Source: a virus
Lineage: Duplodnaviria > Heunggongvirae > Uroviricota > Caudoviricetes
Virus record (IMG/VR): IMGVR_UViG_3300028048_000051
Location: 1-47,842 of that record
Strand: one strand, 5' to 3'
Length of the DNA stretch: 47,842 nucleotides
Shown here: positions 34,995 through 45,057 of the stretch, in pieces
How positions within the stretch are numbered: position 1 is the first letter of the stretch
Layout of the letters: each line of letters begins with the position of its first letter
Position numbers and translations under genes: made by a program
The notes under the pieces: generated by a model
The model's database searches: none
What the model was told of the DNA's origin: nothing
What the model saw: only the letters and a program-made list of their open reading frames with translations

Positions 34995-35300
34995 ATGACT
35001 AAAGAACTCAAAAAGCAGGCCGGATCAGAATTTCTCGGTAGTTTGGCGGAACTCGGAGTCGGCACTATGACGTCCCTGGCGCTGCTCAGTCTTGCCGGAC
35101 TCGGATTTGCCGGTTACACCGCCGGATGGGTCGGCGCACATATGACTGCCAAGGGCAAGAACGACCTCGACAATGTCAGAAATGAATATCTCGACGCTCG
35201 TTTGAGTGCGGACGTTGCCGAGAATGAGCAGAAACTGAAAAACGAATACAAGGCGCGTCAGCAGGCCGTGGCGCCAAAATCCACCCGCCTGTTCGGTTGA
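34995..35300 (+). CDS. Small membrane-helix protein with KQA leader
   Basis: MTKELKKQAG; long hydrophobic Gly-rich stretch. Confidence 0.75.
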   Translation: MTKELKKQAGSEFLGSLAELGVGTMTSLALLSLAGLGFAGYTAGWVGAHMTAKGKNDLDNVRNEYLDARLSADVAENEQKLKNEYKARQQAVAPKSTRLFG

Positions 35301-35306
35301 TAGAAA

Positions 35307-35759
35307 ATGACGAAAGAGATCGACAGCGGCAAGGTATATGACGGCGATGTGACTTCTCTCGCCGATGCCGAACTGTGCGCCCCGGACGACAATGACAACT
35401 CCCCAAAGCCCGGTTCCGTAGGTACGGAACTCTGGTTTTATCAGAAGCAGCACACCTTCAATGGAGTACCGGTAAGTCCGGTTGCTCAGGATCTGCCGAT
35501 AGACAGTGATGAACTGCTGCATCAGGCCTTGCTGTTGGAGAGGCATCCGCAGTCGGTGGTACTGCGCATTTCTCCGGACGATCCCACCGGAAACGATCGG
35601 TATGCCGCACTACTCGAACGTCAGGCCAATGGCGAGGTGGCGATAATCAATGAATGCAAAAACTTTGATCCGCAGACGGTAAGTTTCATCGTCTGGGTGA
35701 CATATGACGAGCTTGTCTATGTCCTCCATCCGAGATACCAATTCCTGCGGGAGAAATAA
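35307..35759 (+). CDS. Hypothetical protein
   Basis: 150-aa ORF in a tight operon. Confidence 0.75.
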   Translation: MTKEIDSGKVYDGDVTSLADAELCAPDDNDNSPKPGSVGTELWFYQKQHTFNGVPVSPVAQDLPIDSDELLHQALLLERHPQSVVLRISPDDPTGNDRYAALLERQANGEVAIINECKNFDPQTVSFIVWVTYDELVYVLHPRYQFLREK

Positions 35760-35774
35760 GGACTACGACATATC

Positions 35775-36824
35775 ATGACAAATAAAATGGCAGGCGGGTA
35801 CTCCTACGCGGTGCAGGGCAACAATATCAAAGCCGGAGAAGATCCCAAGGCATCCTACTGGAGCACATTCAATCCATTCTCACAGCTCTCCACCAGCAAC
35901 CCGGTGGATCGGGTGCCGAAGTGGTGGAACGATCTACCGTTTTTCTCCGATCCTGACACCAAGTATTTGGCATGGAAAGCCACTGCGCTGAGTTTACTTG
36001 CAGCGGGCATCGTCGGAGGCGGTCGTTTGTTGCTGCATATGGGCAAGGTTGACAATGTACGCAAGAATGACGCACCGGGTCACCAGCTCAAGTCACAACT
36101 CAACTCCGCTTTTGAAATGCGTGACCCTGTACCAGCCGCCACGGCTGACGGGACTGCTCTGCCTAAGCCGGAAGATCATGTCTATGAAGAAGGCAACGAA
36201 AAGATCGCGTCTCAACAGAAACAAGGTACCGACTGGAAAGGCCTCGCCATTCCAGGCAGTATTGCACTGCTTGCCGGGGCGCTGACTTACTATGCGGTAG
36301 ATTCATGGGCGGATCAGCGCAAAGGAGAAATCCTGAAAAAACGCACCGAAGGTAAAAGCGATTATCTGAAGAATCTCATCGTTGCCAGAGGACGCAACGC
36401 GAGGGGCACACTCACTCCGGAAGAGTTGGAAACGGCATTGAATCGTCCAGATTTCGAAACCCAGGGGGAACAGGTGAAACAAGGGAGTTTCGACAAAAAT
36501 GCCGTGGACCACTGGACTGATGTTTTTTGGCCAGTTGCCGGCCTTATCGGTGCCGCCATTTTTGCTACCACTGCATACGGCTCATACAAATATCACGAGG
36601 CAAACAATATCAACAACATCAAGTACAAGGCCTACAAGAAGGGGCTTGAGGAATACGCGGCGATTCGCAGTCAATCGAACCCGCTTACAGTAGGTACTGC
36701 GAACAGCAACATATTCCGTCGCATCGACAACAATACGCCGGCCGTTTCCGGCGGAAAAGTGCCGCCAGTACAGAACGAGTTGTTACTCGATGATCGCCAC
36801 ACCCCGGTGTCCATTACCATCTGA
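35775..36824 (+). CDS. Three-module membrane-helix protein punctuated by K-x-A/G motifs
   Basis: NKMAG / EKIAS-QKQG / VKQG-DKNA, each followed by a hydrophobic helix and basic tail. Confidence 0.75.
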   Translation: MTNKMAGGYSYAVQGNNIKAGEDPKASYWSTFNPFSQLSTSNPVDRVPKWWNDLPFFSDPDTKYLAWKATALSLLAAGIVGGGRLLLHMGKVDNVRKNDAPGHQLKSQLNSAFEMRDPVPAATADGTALPKPEDHVYEEGNEKIASQQKQGTDWKGLAIPGSIALLAGALTYYAVDSWADQRKGEILKKRTEGKSDYLKNLIVARGRNARGTLTPEELETALNRPDFETQGEQVKQGSFDKNAVDHWTDVFWPVAGLIGAAIFATTAYGSYKYHEANNINNIKYKAYKKGLEEYAAIRSQSNPLTVGTANSNIFRRIDNNTPAVSGGKVPPVQNELLLDDRHTPVSITI

Positions 36825-37564
36825 TGAACGATACGGTACAAAATCCACTGCCCGATACTCAGGCGAAGAACCTGCTGCAGGCCAAGCAGCGGTTCATCTC
36901 CAACGTCCTGACCGAAAAGCCGGACAAATTGTATCGACTGGATGACTTCGATACCATTCGACAGCAATTGTTCGATAATGTGGAAAACGCGGTAAAAACT
37001 CGTTTCCCTCTGTACAACGACCGGTTTACATTGACGTTGGAAGACGTCAGATATGACGACCCTGCCGATTACACTCTGAGCGAACAGAAGAAAGCATTGC
37101 TGGAAGGACGTTCACTGACACGAAGGCTTCGCGGAAGGTGGGTTCTGAAAGACTCGGCCACCGACAAACCGGTATCCTCCACCGGTAGAATGACGCTGAT
37201 GCACGTTCCGTACATGACTGGACGCGGCACCTTTATAAGAAACGGCCATGAATACAGTTTCACCAACATCATGCGTCTGGAGCCTGGTGTGTACACCAAG
37301 CAGAAGGACGATGAGATGGTAGCCCAGTTCAACATCCGTAAAGGATCCGGGGCCGGTTTCAATATGCGGTTCATTCCGAAAACAGGACTGTTTCAGGTGA
37401 GTCGCGGAACTACGAATTGTCCGGCATACACCGTGTTGAAAGACATGGGAGTGTCTGATGAGGATATGGAGAAGAGTTGGGGTAAGGAGCTCTTCGAGAA
37501 AAACAAAGCCGCAGGCGTCGGCGAAAAGGCGCGAAACGCGGCGAATAAGATCTACAACCTGTAA
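36824..37564 (+). CDS. Phage RNA polymerase beta subunit, N-terminal piece
   Basis: FPL..FTLTLEDVRY; HVPYMTGRGTFIRNGHEY..RLEPGVY matches RpoB IPLMT..GTFVINGTERV..RSPGV. Confidence 0.9.
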   Translation: MNDTVQNPLPDTQAKNLLQAKQRFISNVLTEKPDKLYRLDDFDTIRQQLFDNVENAVKTRFPLYNDRFTLTLEDVRYDDPADYTLSEQKKALLEGRSLTRRLRGRWVLKDSATDKPVSSTGRMTLMHVPYMTGRGTFIRNGHEYSFTNIMRLEPGVYTKQKDDEMVAQFNIRKGSGAGFNMRFIPKTGLFQVSRGTTNCPAYTVLKDMGVSDEDMEKSWGKELFEKNKAAGVGEKARNAANKIYNL

Positions 37565-37584
37565 CACAATAGGAGTTTACAGAC

Positions 37585-38358
37585 ATGGCTACTCAGAATA
37601 CCAATACCGAGGCCGCTGCGGTCGAGGCCGCTCGCGCTGCACTGAACAAGAAAGCATCCGCTGCAGCACCTGTCCAAGGTGTCAGTGTCGATCAACTGCG
37701 CGCCGCGGCGTTGACTTTCCTCAACTCTCGCAGCAACGACAAGAAGGCGTCTGTGCAGCAGCCTCTCGGGCTCACGATCATGACCAAGATCGCTTCCCGT
37801 GATTTTGGCGGCTTGCGCGTTTTGTGCGCGCTTGATGGACTGAATAAGATCGCGGAGCAAGCCACCAAGGCGGACAAGGCCGACAAGCCGTTCGTCGATC
37901 CCGCCACCACGGATGCTTTCAAAAACCTTTGGGAGTCCATCAAAGGCGGAATAAGCAACGCCGGAAAAACTATCGGCGATGCGACGCAGAAAGGATTCAA
38001 CAGCGCGGCCCAATGGCTGGCTGATCCCACGCACCTGAAACAACTCGGTATCGGCGCAGCCACCACTGGTGGGATTTACGGTCTGTCATGGCTTCTGCCG
38101 AACGCCCGTCATACCCACGGTCTGCGTCTGCTCGCGTCGATTCTCGGCGGCACAACTGCCGGTGCTTATGGCGATAATATCCTGAATGCCATCGCCGGGA
38201 ACGGGTTCATAACCGACGCGGAAAAGGACTTCCGTCGGGCGAACGAGGCGGAGATGGCCAAACAGTATGACGAAAAAGGCAATTTCATCGGCAACAAAAC
38301 CGCCTCCGTGGACAAGAAAGAGGTTCTGAAAGGAATTCTCGCCAAGCACGGACTGTGA
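37585..38358 (+). CDS. K-x-A-rich membrane-helix protein inserted between RNAP pieces
   Basis: AGGAG RBS; five K-x-A motifs; Gly-rich hydrophobic hairpin. Confidence 0.75.
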   Translation: MATQNTNTEAAAVEAARAALNKKASAAAPVQGVSVDQLRAAALTFLNSRSNDKKASVQQPLGLTIMTKIASRDFGGLRVLCALDGLNKIAEQATKADKADKPFVDPATTDAFKNLWESIKGGISNAGKTIGDATQKGFNSAAQWLADPTHLKQLGIGAATTGGIYGLSWLLPNARHTHGLRLLASILGGTTAGAYGDNILNAIAGNGFITDAEKDFRRANEAEMAKQYDEKGNFIGNKTASVDKKEVLKGILAKHGL

Positions 38359-38378
38359 TACGGCACCGCCATCCGTCG

Positions 38379-38413
38379 AAAAGCCGGGAATCAGTTTCCC
38401 GGCTTTTTCTTTT
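38379..38413 (+). terminator. Intrinsic terminator
   Basis: AAAAGCCGGGAA / TTCCCGGCTTTT plus T-rich run. Confidence 0.8.
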
Positions 38414-38538
38414 CTCGCTTCATCAACTGTCGTGTTACGCTTCATATAGTATAGACGCAGACCTTCTGCCCATGCAATAACACTGCATATCGTCTTCGTC
38501 TTCGTCTCGTAGACCGCACCCCGGAGGAGTTGTAACTG

Positions 38539-41500
38539 ATGGACTTTCCAGAAACCGATGTAAAATCGGTAACCCTCGACAACAAACCGCAGAAAACCGT
38601 TTATGACTGGATACGCGGCATGCAGATGTCCGCGGAGGTCAATAAATCAACAGTGGGCGTGGAAACAACCAAGGTAACTCCCGACTTGTTGATGGCGACC
38701 AGCAGGAAATTGCTGGGTATCTCCCGCAAGGAACAGGACCCGGATGCCAAGGATTCTCTCCTGTATCAGCGTTTTTACGGGCCTGCCGAGTACTTCTCCG
38801 AACATATCTTGCGTGACTCCGGGCAACTCGGACGCAGTCTGCTGTGGAAAGCCACCAACCGCGGCAATGTGGATTTTATGCCGACCGCGGCATTGGACAA
38901 TCACGTGTCCGGCGTCTTCTATGACAGCAAACTCGCCCAACTTGCCGATGGTTCCTCTCCGCTTGATACCATCGATGCCGCATATAAAACCACACGCATC
39001 GGAGAAGGCGGTATCGGAGATATGCGACAAGCCCCGGATGAGATGCGTTTGGTGCAGCCATCTTATTTCGGATATATCGATCCCACGCGGGCGCCGGAAA
39101 GTTACCGCGTAGGACTGGACATGTACTTCTCCAAGAACTGCATGAAAGGCTCCGACGGTAAATTATACGCGAAATTTATCAATGCCCGCACCGGCAAGGA
39201 AGAATTGGTGGATTCTGCCACGGCGTCAAAATCCGTGGTAGCCACCAGCGAAATGCGCAATGCCGACACCAAGTCTATTTTCGCCCTCGGGGGCAAATAT
39301 GGTTGTCGTATCGTTCCCAAGGACAAGGTAGATTACTATCTTCCTCATGCAGACGATGCTTACTCCACCGCCGCCAACATGGTATCCATGCTGAACGGGG
39401 TGAAAGACATGCGGCTGCTGATGGGTTGTCTGTACCCGGATACTCCGCTGCTGGTCTGCGATAAGGATCGCCTTTCATCTGTTATTCCGGCAGTGGCCAG
39501 CAGCGCTGCAAAATATATCCCGGGGGCTGACAGCGCCGGCTTCTCTGCGATGTATCCGGTGCGCAACAGTATTGCCAAACTCTCCGGACGCAATATGAAA
39601 TTCCGCAAGGTGATACTGAAATCAGGTCGTTCGCTTATTACCAGTCCGGATCACCGCTGGCCTGTACTTGCAGATGGCAAGATCATATTGAAGCGTGCGG
39701 ATCAACTGATTCCCGGTGATGTGGCATTGCGGGGCAACTACAACACCTTGCCTGTAAAGCAGACCTTCATTCTCGGCAAACGCGTAACTCCAGAGGTGGC
39801 GGAGTTCATCGGATGCATCGCCAGGTCACTTACAGTGCCGGATATCGGCAAGTATCGTATCTGTTTTGTCGAGGAACAGCGGCAGACGATAGAACGTGCG
39901 GTGGAGAAACTGGAGATCAAAGGATGCGCGTTCTACCGCAATCGTGGGGAGCAGTGTCTTGCCATTCGGGATATCGACTTCATTCAATGGATCGACGAAA
40001 ACATCGGTGTAGATTTGACGACAAGAAAGATTCCGTCCGTCATTCTCAGCGCTCGTCCGGCCATTGCCGCATCGTTCGTCCAGGGATATACCGCGAATAA
40101 AAGTCTTGTCGGTATCGACTCCAACGAGGACATCTGGATACTGCATATTCCGAACATGTCCTTCCGCGACTCCCTGGCTATATTGCTGTCCCGCTGCAGT
40201 ACCGACACACTGTACCGGGACGCGGTACGGAAGAATACCACGCATCTGGCACTCAAACTTATACCCTGGCAGCCGAACTTCGGGGAGTTGCGAACCGATA
40301 ATATCGTGTTGGTGCAGGAAGTCCGCAAAGTGCCGTTGATGATCGACATCGATATCAACGACAACATGTATCTTATCGGCAATGGCGTACTCACGCACAA
40401 CAGCAAGTATCCGTTGCAGGCTGTATCTCTCGACAATCGTGAAGCCCCACTGGTGCGTTCGCTCGACGCGGCCTCCGGAAAATCGATGCAGCAACTGGTT
40501 TCAAAATACCTTGGTGCCCGTTATGCACAGCGTGGCGGCACGGTTGCTGCCGTGCGCCGCGATCGGGTCGATATGATCTACGATGACGGCACCAAGGGTT
40601 CTATCGATCTTTACCAAAACTATCCTTCCAACAGCAAGGGATTTCTGCACAACACCCCGGTGGTCAAGGCCGGCCAACATCTGGAACCCGGACAGTTGGT
40701 AGCGAGCAGCAATTACACTGACAAGGATGGTACTTCGGCCATCGGTGTGAACCTGCGCAGTGCCTGGCTGTCTTGGAAAGGCGGTACCTACGAGGATGCC
40801 ATTGCCATCAGTGAATCCGCAGCCAAGAAACTCACCAGTACTACCATGTACAAGACCGCGGTAAATCTCGACAAGAGCATACGCCTCGGTAAACAGCTTT
40901 ACAACAACTGGAAGCCCGGCACCTACAGCCCAGAGCAGCAGGACAACCTAGACGATCAAGGTATCGTCAAACCTGGAGCGGTACTGCACAAGGGAGATCC
41001 GATGATCCTTGCGGTGCAAACAACCGAACCGTCGCCAGGAACAATGGGTAAACGTGTACTCACTGATATCAGTGAAACATGGGAACATGCCTTCCCCGGA
41101 GTTGTTACCGATGTGGTGCAGACGAGGAAGGGCGTACAGGTGTTCGCCACCGTCACCGCTCCAGCTCAGGTGGGCGACAAACTCGCTACCGGGTACGGAA
41201 ACAAGGGTGTTATCAGCAAGATCATACCCGACGACCAGATGCCGACAACCGCTGACGGCAAACCGCTGGATGTGTTGTTCAGCCCTCTGGGGTTGATATC
41301 CCGCACCAATCCGGCAGTAGCGTATGAGGCTATCTTGGGCAAGATAGCCCGCAAAACCGGCAAACCGTACACTATGGAAGCGTTCCATAATGGATCGCTC
41401 GCTGATTTCGTCAAGGACGAATTGAAGCGCACCCATCTCAAGGATTCAGATGATTTGATTGATCCGGAAACTGGGCGCAAGATTCCCAAGGTGTTCAATG

Positions 41501-43236
41501 GCGTGTCCTATGTATACAAACTGAAACACCTTGCCGACACCAAGATGTCCGCTCGCGGTACCGACCAGTACACCTCTGAGGGCACACCGATGTCCGGAGG
41601 TTACTCCGGCGGCAAGCGGTACGGCCTGCTGGAGACCTCGGCGTTAGTCGGACATCAAGCGCTTGCAGTGATCAATGACGCCCATATGATAAGAGGCCAG
41701 AATAATGCAGACTTCTGGCGATCTATTCGCACAGGCGAGATTCCGGTTGTTCCTGGCGAGCCGGAAGTGAATAAAAAGTTTTTCGCCCACCTGCAGGCAG
41801 CAGGCGTAAATGTCCGAAAAACCCCGACCGAAATCAGCGTCTTCGCTCTTTCCAATCAGGACGTTGACAAACTGGCCGGCCCTCGTGAAGTAAAAACCCG
41901 CGACACCTACGAAACGAAAAATTTCCGTCCCATCGACGGCGGCCTTTTCGGTCAGGATATTTTCGGCATAAACGGTGATCGCTGGGGTTATATCCAGTTG
42001 GATGAACCGATGCCCAACCCGGTGATGGAGGATCCACTGGCGAGACTGCTCAATATCCCGGTAAAGCAGTTCGCTGCCGTGGCGGCGGGAAAAGCCGAAG
42101 TCAACGGAATGAAATCCGGTGTCGACATCAAGAAGGCACTCGAAAAGATCAATCTCGATGCCGCAGCATTGGAGGCAGAGAAAGAGTTCAAGGATGCTCC
42201 TGCCTCCAAGCGCGACGCAGCTCTGAAGCGATACACTGCTATAGAGAGAATGCGGCGCAGCGGAGTTAAGCCGGCTGACTACATGCTGGACAAAATCCCG
42301 GTGCTGCCTCCAATGTTCCGGCCTGTCACCACGGCAGGCGGAATGACGATGGTGGCGGACAGCAACTATCTGTATGCTCAGATGTTGGATGCCCGCGATG
42401 ATATGCGAGAGGCGAAGAATCTTCCTGACGAGTATCAGGCGGAGGCGCGTGAGCAATTATACAACTCGTGGAAAGAACTGACCGGGCTGTACGATCCGTC
42501 GGATGTCAAACTGCGTAACAAGAACGTGCAGGGCCTCCTTCGATGGGCTCTCGGCAGCAGTCCCAAGTTCTCAGCGGTGCAACGCAAGATCATCGGTTCC
42601 GCGGTGGATACCGTGGGGCGCGGTGTGATTGTTCCGGACTCGCGGCTGAAACTCAATCAGATCGGACTTCCTGAAGATATGGCGTTCGATATATTTGCTC
42701 CTTTCGTCACCCGGAAACTGGTCCAAGCCAATATTCCGCTTCATGCGGCGATGAAAGCGGTCAAAGAGCGTAATCCGATGGCCAGGTCCGCACTGTTGGA
42801 GATCATGAAAAACCGTCCGGTACAAATGAACCGTGCTCCGTCGCTTCACAAGTTGAGCATCATGGGTTTTTCACCGACGCTGGTATCCGGACATGCGATC
42901 CATATCAATCCCTCGATCGTAGTGCCCTTCACAGCCGACTTCGACGGCGATCAGGTGAATATCCACGCTCCGGTGTCTGACCAGGCGGTGCGCGACACCA
43001 AGGAGCGAATGTTCCCGGAAAGGAACTTGATCGCGATGAGCAATCGCAAAATCCTGTATCGTCCGGAAAAGGAATATACGCAGGGGCTTTATGCGGCCAC
43101 CAGATTCACCGGCGATCCGCGTACTCCCAAGTACGTATTCAATACACTCGACGAAGCCAGAGCCGCAAGACGCTCCGGCATTATTGAGATCAGTGATCCG
43201 ATAAAAATCAAACAACTCGATACCGTCAGACGGTGA
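38539..43236 (+). CDS. Phage RNA polymerase: beta C-terminal part fused to beta' N-terminal/catalytic part, with intein
   Basis: beta motifs: GEGGI, QPSYFGYIDP..PES..VGL, YEDAI, GDKL..GNKGVI, KLKHL. beta' motifs: GGLF..IFG, IPVLPPMFRP, GRGVI, NRAPSLH, TADFDGD. Confidence 0.95.
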   Translation: MDFPETDVKSVTLDNKPQKTVYDWIRGMQMSAEVNKSTVGVETTKVTPDLLMATSRKLLGISRKEQDPDAKDSLLYQRFYGPAEYFSEHILRDSGQLGRSLLWKATNRGNVDFMPTAALDNHVSGVFYDSKLAQLADGSSPLDTIDAAYKTTRIGEGGIGDMRQAPDEMRLVQPSYFGYIDPTRAPESYRVGLDMYFSKNCMKGSDGKLYAKFINARTGKEELVDSATASKSVVATSEMRNADTKSIFALGGKYGCRIVPKDKVDYYLPHADDAYSTAANMVSMLNGVKDMRLLMGCLYPDTPLLVCDKDRLSSVIPAVASSAAKYIPGADSAGFSAMYPVRNSIAKLSGRNMKFRKVILKSGRSLITSPDHRWPVLADGKIILKRADQLIPGDVALRGNYNTLPVKQTFILGKRVTPEVAEFIGCIARSLTVPDIGKYRICFVEEQRQTIERAVEKLEIKGCAFYRNRGEQCLAIRDIDFIQWIDENIGVDLTTRKIPSVILSARPAIAASFVQGYTANKSLVGIDSNEDIWILHIPNMSFRDSLAILLSRCSTDTLYRDAVRKNTTHLALKLIPWQPNFGELRTDNIVLVQEVRKVPLMIDIDINDNMYLIGNGVLTHNSKYPLQAVSLDNREAPLVRSLDAASGKSMQQLVSKYLGARYAQRGGTVAAVRRDRVDMIYDDGTKGSIDLYQNYPSNSKGFLHNTPVVKAGQHLEPGQLVASSNYTDKDGTSAIGVNLRSAWLSWKGGTYEDAIAISESAAKKLTSTTMYKTAVNLDKSIRLGKQLYNNWKPGTYSPEQQDNLDDQGIVKPGAVLHKGDPMILAVQTTEPSPGTMGKRVLTDISETWEHAFPGVVTDVVQTRKGVQVFATVTAPAQVGDKLATGYGNKGVISKIIPDDQMPTTADGKPLDVLFSPLGLISRTNPAVAYEAILGKIARKTGKPYTMEAFHNGSLADFVKDELKRTHLKDSDDLIDPETGRKIPKVFNGVSYVYKLKHLADTKMSARGTDQYTSEGTPMSGGYSGGKRYGLLETSALVGHQALAVINDAHMIRGQNNADFWRSIRTGEIPVVPGEPEVNKKFFAHLQAAGVNVRKTPTEISVFALSNQDVDKLAGPREVKTRDTYETKNFRPIDGGLFGQDIFGINGDRWGYIQLDEPMPNPVMEDPLARLLNIPVKQFAAVAAGKAEVNGMKSGVDIKKALEKINLDAAALEAEKEFKDAPASKRDAALKRYTAIERMRRSGVKPADYMLDKIPVLPPMFRPVTTAGGMTMVADSNYLYAQMLDARDDMREAKNLPDEYQAEAREQLYNSWKELTGLYDPSDVKLRNKNVQGLLRWALGSSPKFSAVQRKIIGSAVDTVGRGVIVPDSRLKLNQIGLPEDMAFDIFAPFVTRKLVQANIPLHAAMKAVKERNPMARSALLEIMKNRPVQMNRAPSLHKLSIMGFSPTLVSGHAIHINPSIVVPFTADFDGDQVNIHAPVSDQAVRDTKERMFPERNLIAMSNRKILYRPEKEYTQGLYAATRFTGDPRTPKYVFNTLDEARAARRSGIIEISDPIKIKQLDTVRR
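39427..40401 (+). mobile_element. Intein (325 aa) with degenerate LAGLIDADG endonuclease
   Basis: Block A CLYPDTP, block B TSPDH, C-terminal LTHN followed by Ser; removal restores RLLMG|SKYPLQAV (RpoB RALMG..QAV). Confidence 0.92.
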
Positions 43237-43245
43237 GGAGAAGCT

Positions 43246-44214
43246 ATGAATAACATCTACAGACAACTTTACACCGGATTCGCGAAATCTGCGGTAGCTT
43301 CGCTGACTCCAGAGGCGATGCAGGCCGCACAAGCTCCTATGCCGCCTCAGGGAGGTGCTCCGATGGATCCAGCAGCTATGGGTGGTATGCCAGCAGGTCC
43401 TGCAATGATGGGCGGCGCTCCGGCAGGAGCTCCTCCTATGGATCCGGCAATGGCCGGTGGAGCCGGTGTTCCGGTTGGTCCCGCCGGTGGTACCGTTCCT
43501 CCGGAAATTCTGCAAGACCAACAATTCCTGGCGTTTCTGCAGCAGGTGCTGGGAATCACGTTCGATCCGCAGTCGCAGACTTTCGTAGGTCCGCAGGGAG
43601 AAGCGATCCCCGCGGAAGCCATTATTCAGGCCTATCAGGAATTTCAAGCGCAAATGGCGGCACAGACTCAAGTCGCTCCTCAAGCAGCCGCCCCAGTGGA
43701 GCCTGGCGCCATGGCAGGTGCAACTCCCGAGGTTGCTGGGGCTCCTGCGGATCCGGCAGCAGCGGCTGTTGAAGCGCCTCCGGAAGCAATGGGGGCAACG
43801 CCGCCAGAAGCAAGCATCCAGCCGCCTCCGGAGGGAGTCCCCGCGGAAGGAGTGCCGGCGGATCCGATGCAGCAGATGGCGGAAATGGTGTTGTCGGCTG
43901 TCGAGACGATCGTGAATGAGGCGTTGAGTGCCCAAGAGAAGAAGATCTCCACGATGCTTGACAAAATCGATACCCTCAAAAAGGATGTCGAGGCTGTCCT
44001 CAACAGCGATAATAAACGCTCGGAAAAAGATGAGGACGACGACAGCAAACTCCGCGGTGAGTTGGAACAGGAACTTGCGGTACAATCCACAGCAGCTCCG
44101 TCCGCGGCTCCGACAGCGATCGTGGATTCGCTGCCCAAGACGGCGGCACAGGAAGCCATCAAGGCCAAGAAATCGGCATTCTCGTTGGTCTCGCTGATAA
44201 CCGGAAGGAACTGA
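43246..44214 (+). CDS. Pro/Ala/Met-rich protein with coiled coil (scaffold-like)
   Basis: GAGGAG RBS; leader ..FAKSA; MDPAAMGG low-complexity repeats; PKTAA and KKSAF. Confidence 0.7.
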   Translation: MNNIYRQLYTGFAKSAVASLTPEAMQAAQAPMPPQGGAPMDPAAMGGMPAGPAMMGGAPAGAPPMDPAMAGGAGVPVGPAGGTVPPEILQDQQFLAFLQQVLGITFDPQSQTFVGPQGEAIPAEAIIQAYQEFQAQMAAQTQVAPQAAAPVEPGAMAGATPEVAGAPADPAAAAVEAPPEAMGATPPEASIQPPPEGVPAEGVPADPMQQMAEMVLSAVETIVNEALSAQEKKISTMLDKIDTLKKDVEAVLNSDNKRSEKDEDDDSKLRGELEQELAVQSTAAPSAAPTAIVDSLPKTAAQEAIKAKKSAFSLVSLITGRN

Positions 44215-44217
44215 AAC

Positions 44218-45054
44218 ATGGCGGACATGAATAAAACAGCTGACTCAGTTACAGACAACAGCAAGGCGGTATCGCGGTTGTTGCCGGCGAAAGAGGACTC
44301 CGTGCAGCGTACTGAACGTATGCCTGTGTTCAAGGGACAACTTGAAGACGCCAAAGACACGCTTCGAAAAGTTGTGAACAATGAAAAGGGCTACGCCGGA
44401 CTGGGTGCCGCGTTGGATAACAAACTCACCTCCGAGTATGTCATACAAGGCGCGGGAGCAGCCGGCGGGGCGGCGCTGGGTCTTCTGTTGTCAAGCTTGA
44501 TCCACCGGAATCCCAATTGGTTGTTGAGGCTCCTGTATGCCGGTGGCGGAGGGGTAGCCGGATGGTTCGGAACCGAGGCTTTGATGGATCCGAAGAGCAT
44601 ACGACTGAACGCATGGAAAAATGGATTGAAGCCTGAAGAGCGCGCTGAAGTGGAGAAGGCGCTCGATACCATCAAGCGTGCTCCGGATTCCAGTGGTTTC
44701 GGAATATATTCGTTCCTGCCGCAGACAAAAACCCAGCTCGCTGGAAATGCTGCAATCACGGCGGCTTCCTCTATTGCAGGGAAAAAGATCGTGCAGCATG
44801 CAAATTCCACTTCACCGACCTATTTTCGCGGACCTGTCAGGGTACATCAAGTAACATTGCCGAAAGCCAAACAAGAGGCATTGCTGCCAAATGGGAAGGG
44901 GACAGGTCAATATCGATTAGCCCAACTCAAGGCCCGCAGGGGCTACGGGATGAAAGGCGGCTTACTAGGCACTGGTGCTGGTCTACTGCTGAGCGGAATC
45001 GCAAACTGGCTGAGCAACTACAACAGCGGCAATATCGACGTAAAAGATCTGTGA
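44218..45054 (+). CDS. Membrane-helix protein with KTA leader
   Basis: MADMNKTAD; GAGAAGGAALGLLL and GGLLGTGAGLLL glycine-zipper-like helices. Confidence 0.75.
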   Translation: MADMNKTADSVTDNSKAVSRLLPAKEDSVQRTERMPVFKGQLEDAKDTLRKVVNNEKGYAGLGAALDNKLTSEYVIQGAGAAGGAALGLLLSSLIHRNPNWLLRLLYAGGGGVAGWFGTEALMDPKSIRLNAWKNGLKPEERAEVEKALDTIKRAPDSSGFGIYSFLPQTKTQLAGNAAITAASSIAGKKIVQHANSTSPTYFRGPVRVHQVTLPKAKQEALLPNGKGTGQYRLAQLKARRGYGMKGGLLGTGAGLLLSGIANWLSNYNSGNIDVKDL

Positions 45055-45057
45055 TCC

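Noticed and set aside
37500-38600. Split intein or intron joining beta-N to beta-C
   Set aside because: No Cys-start or HN-end motifs or intron core seen; the gap holds an ordinary gene and a terminator
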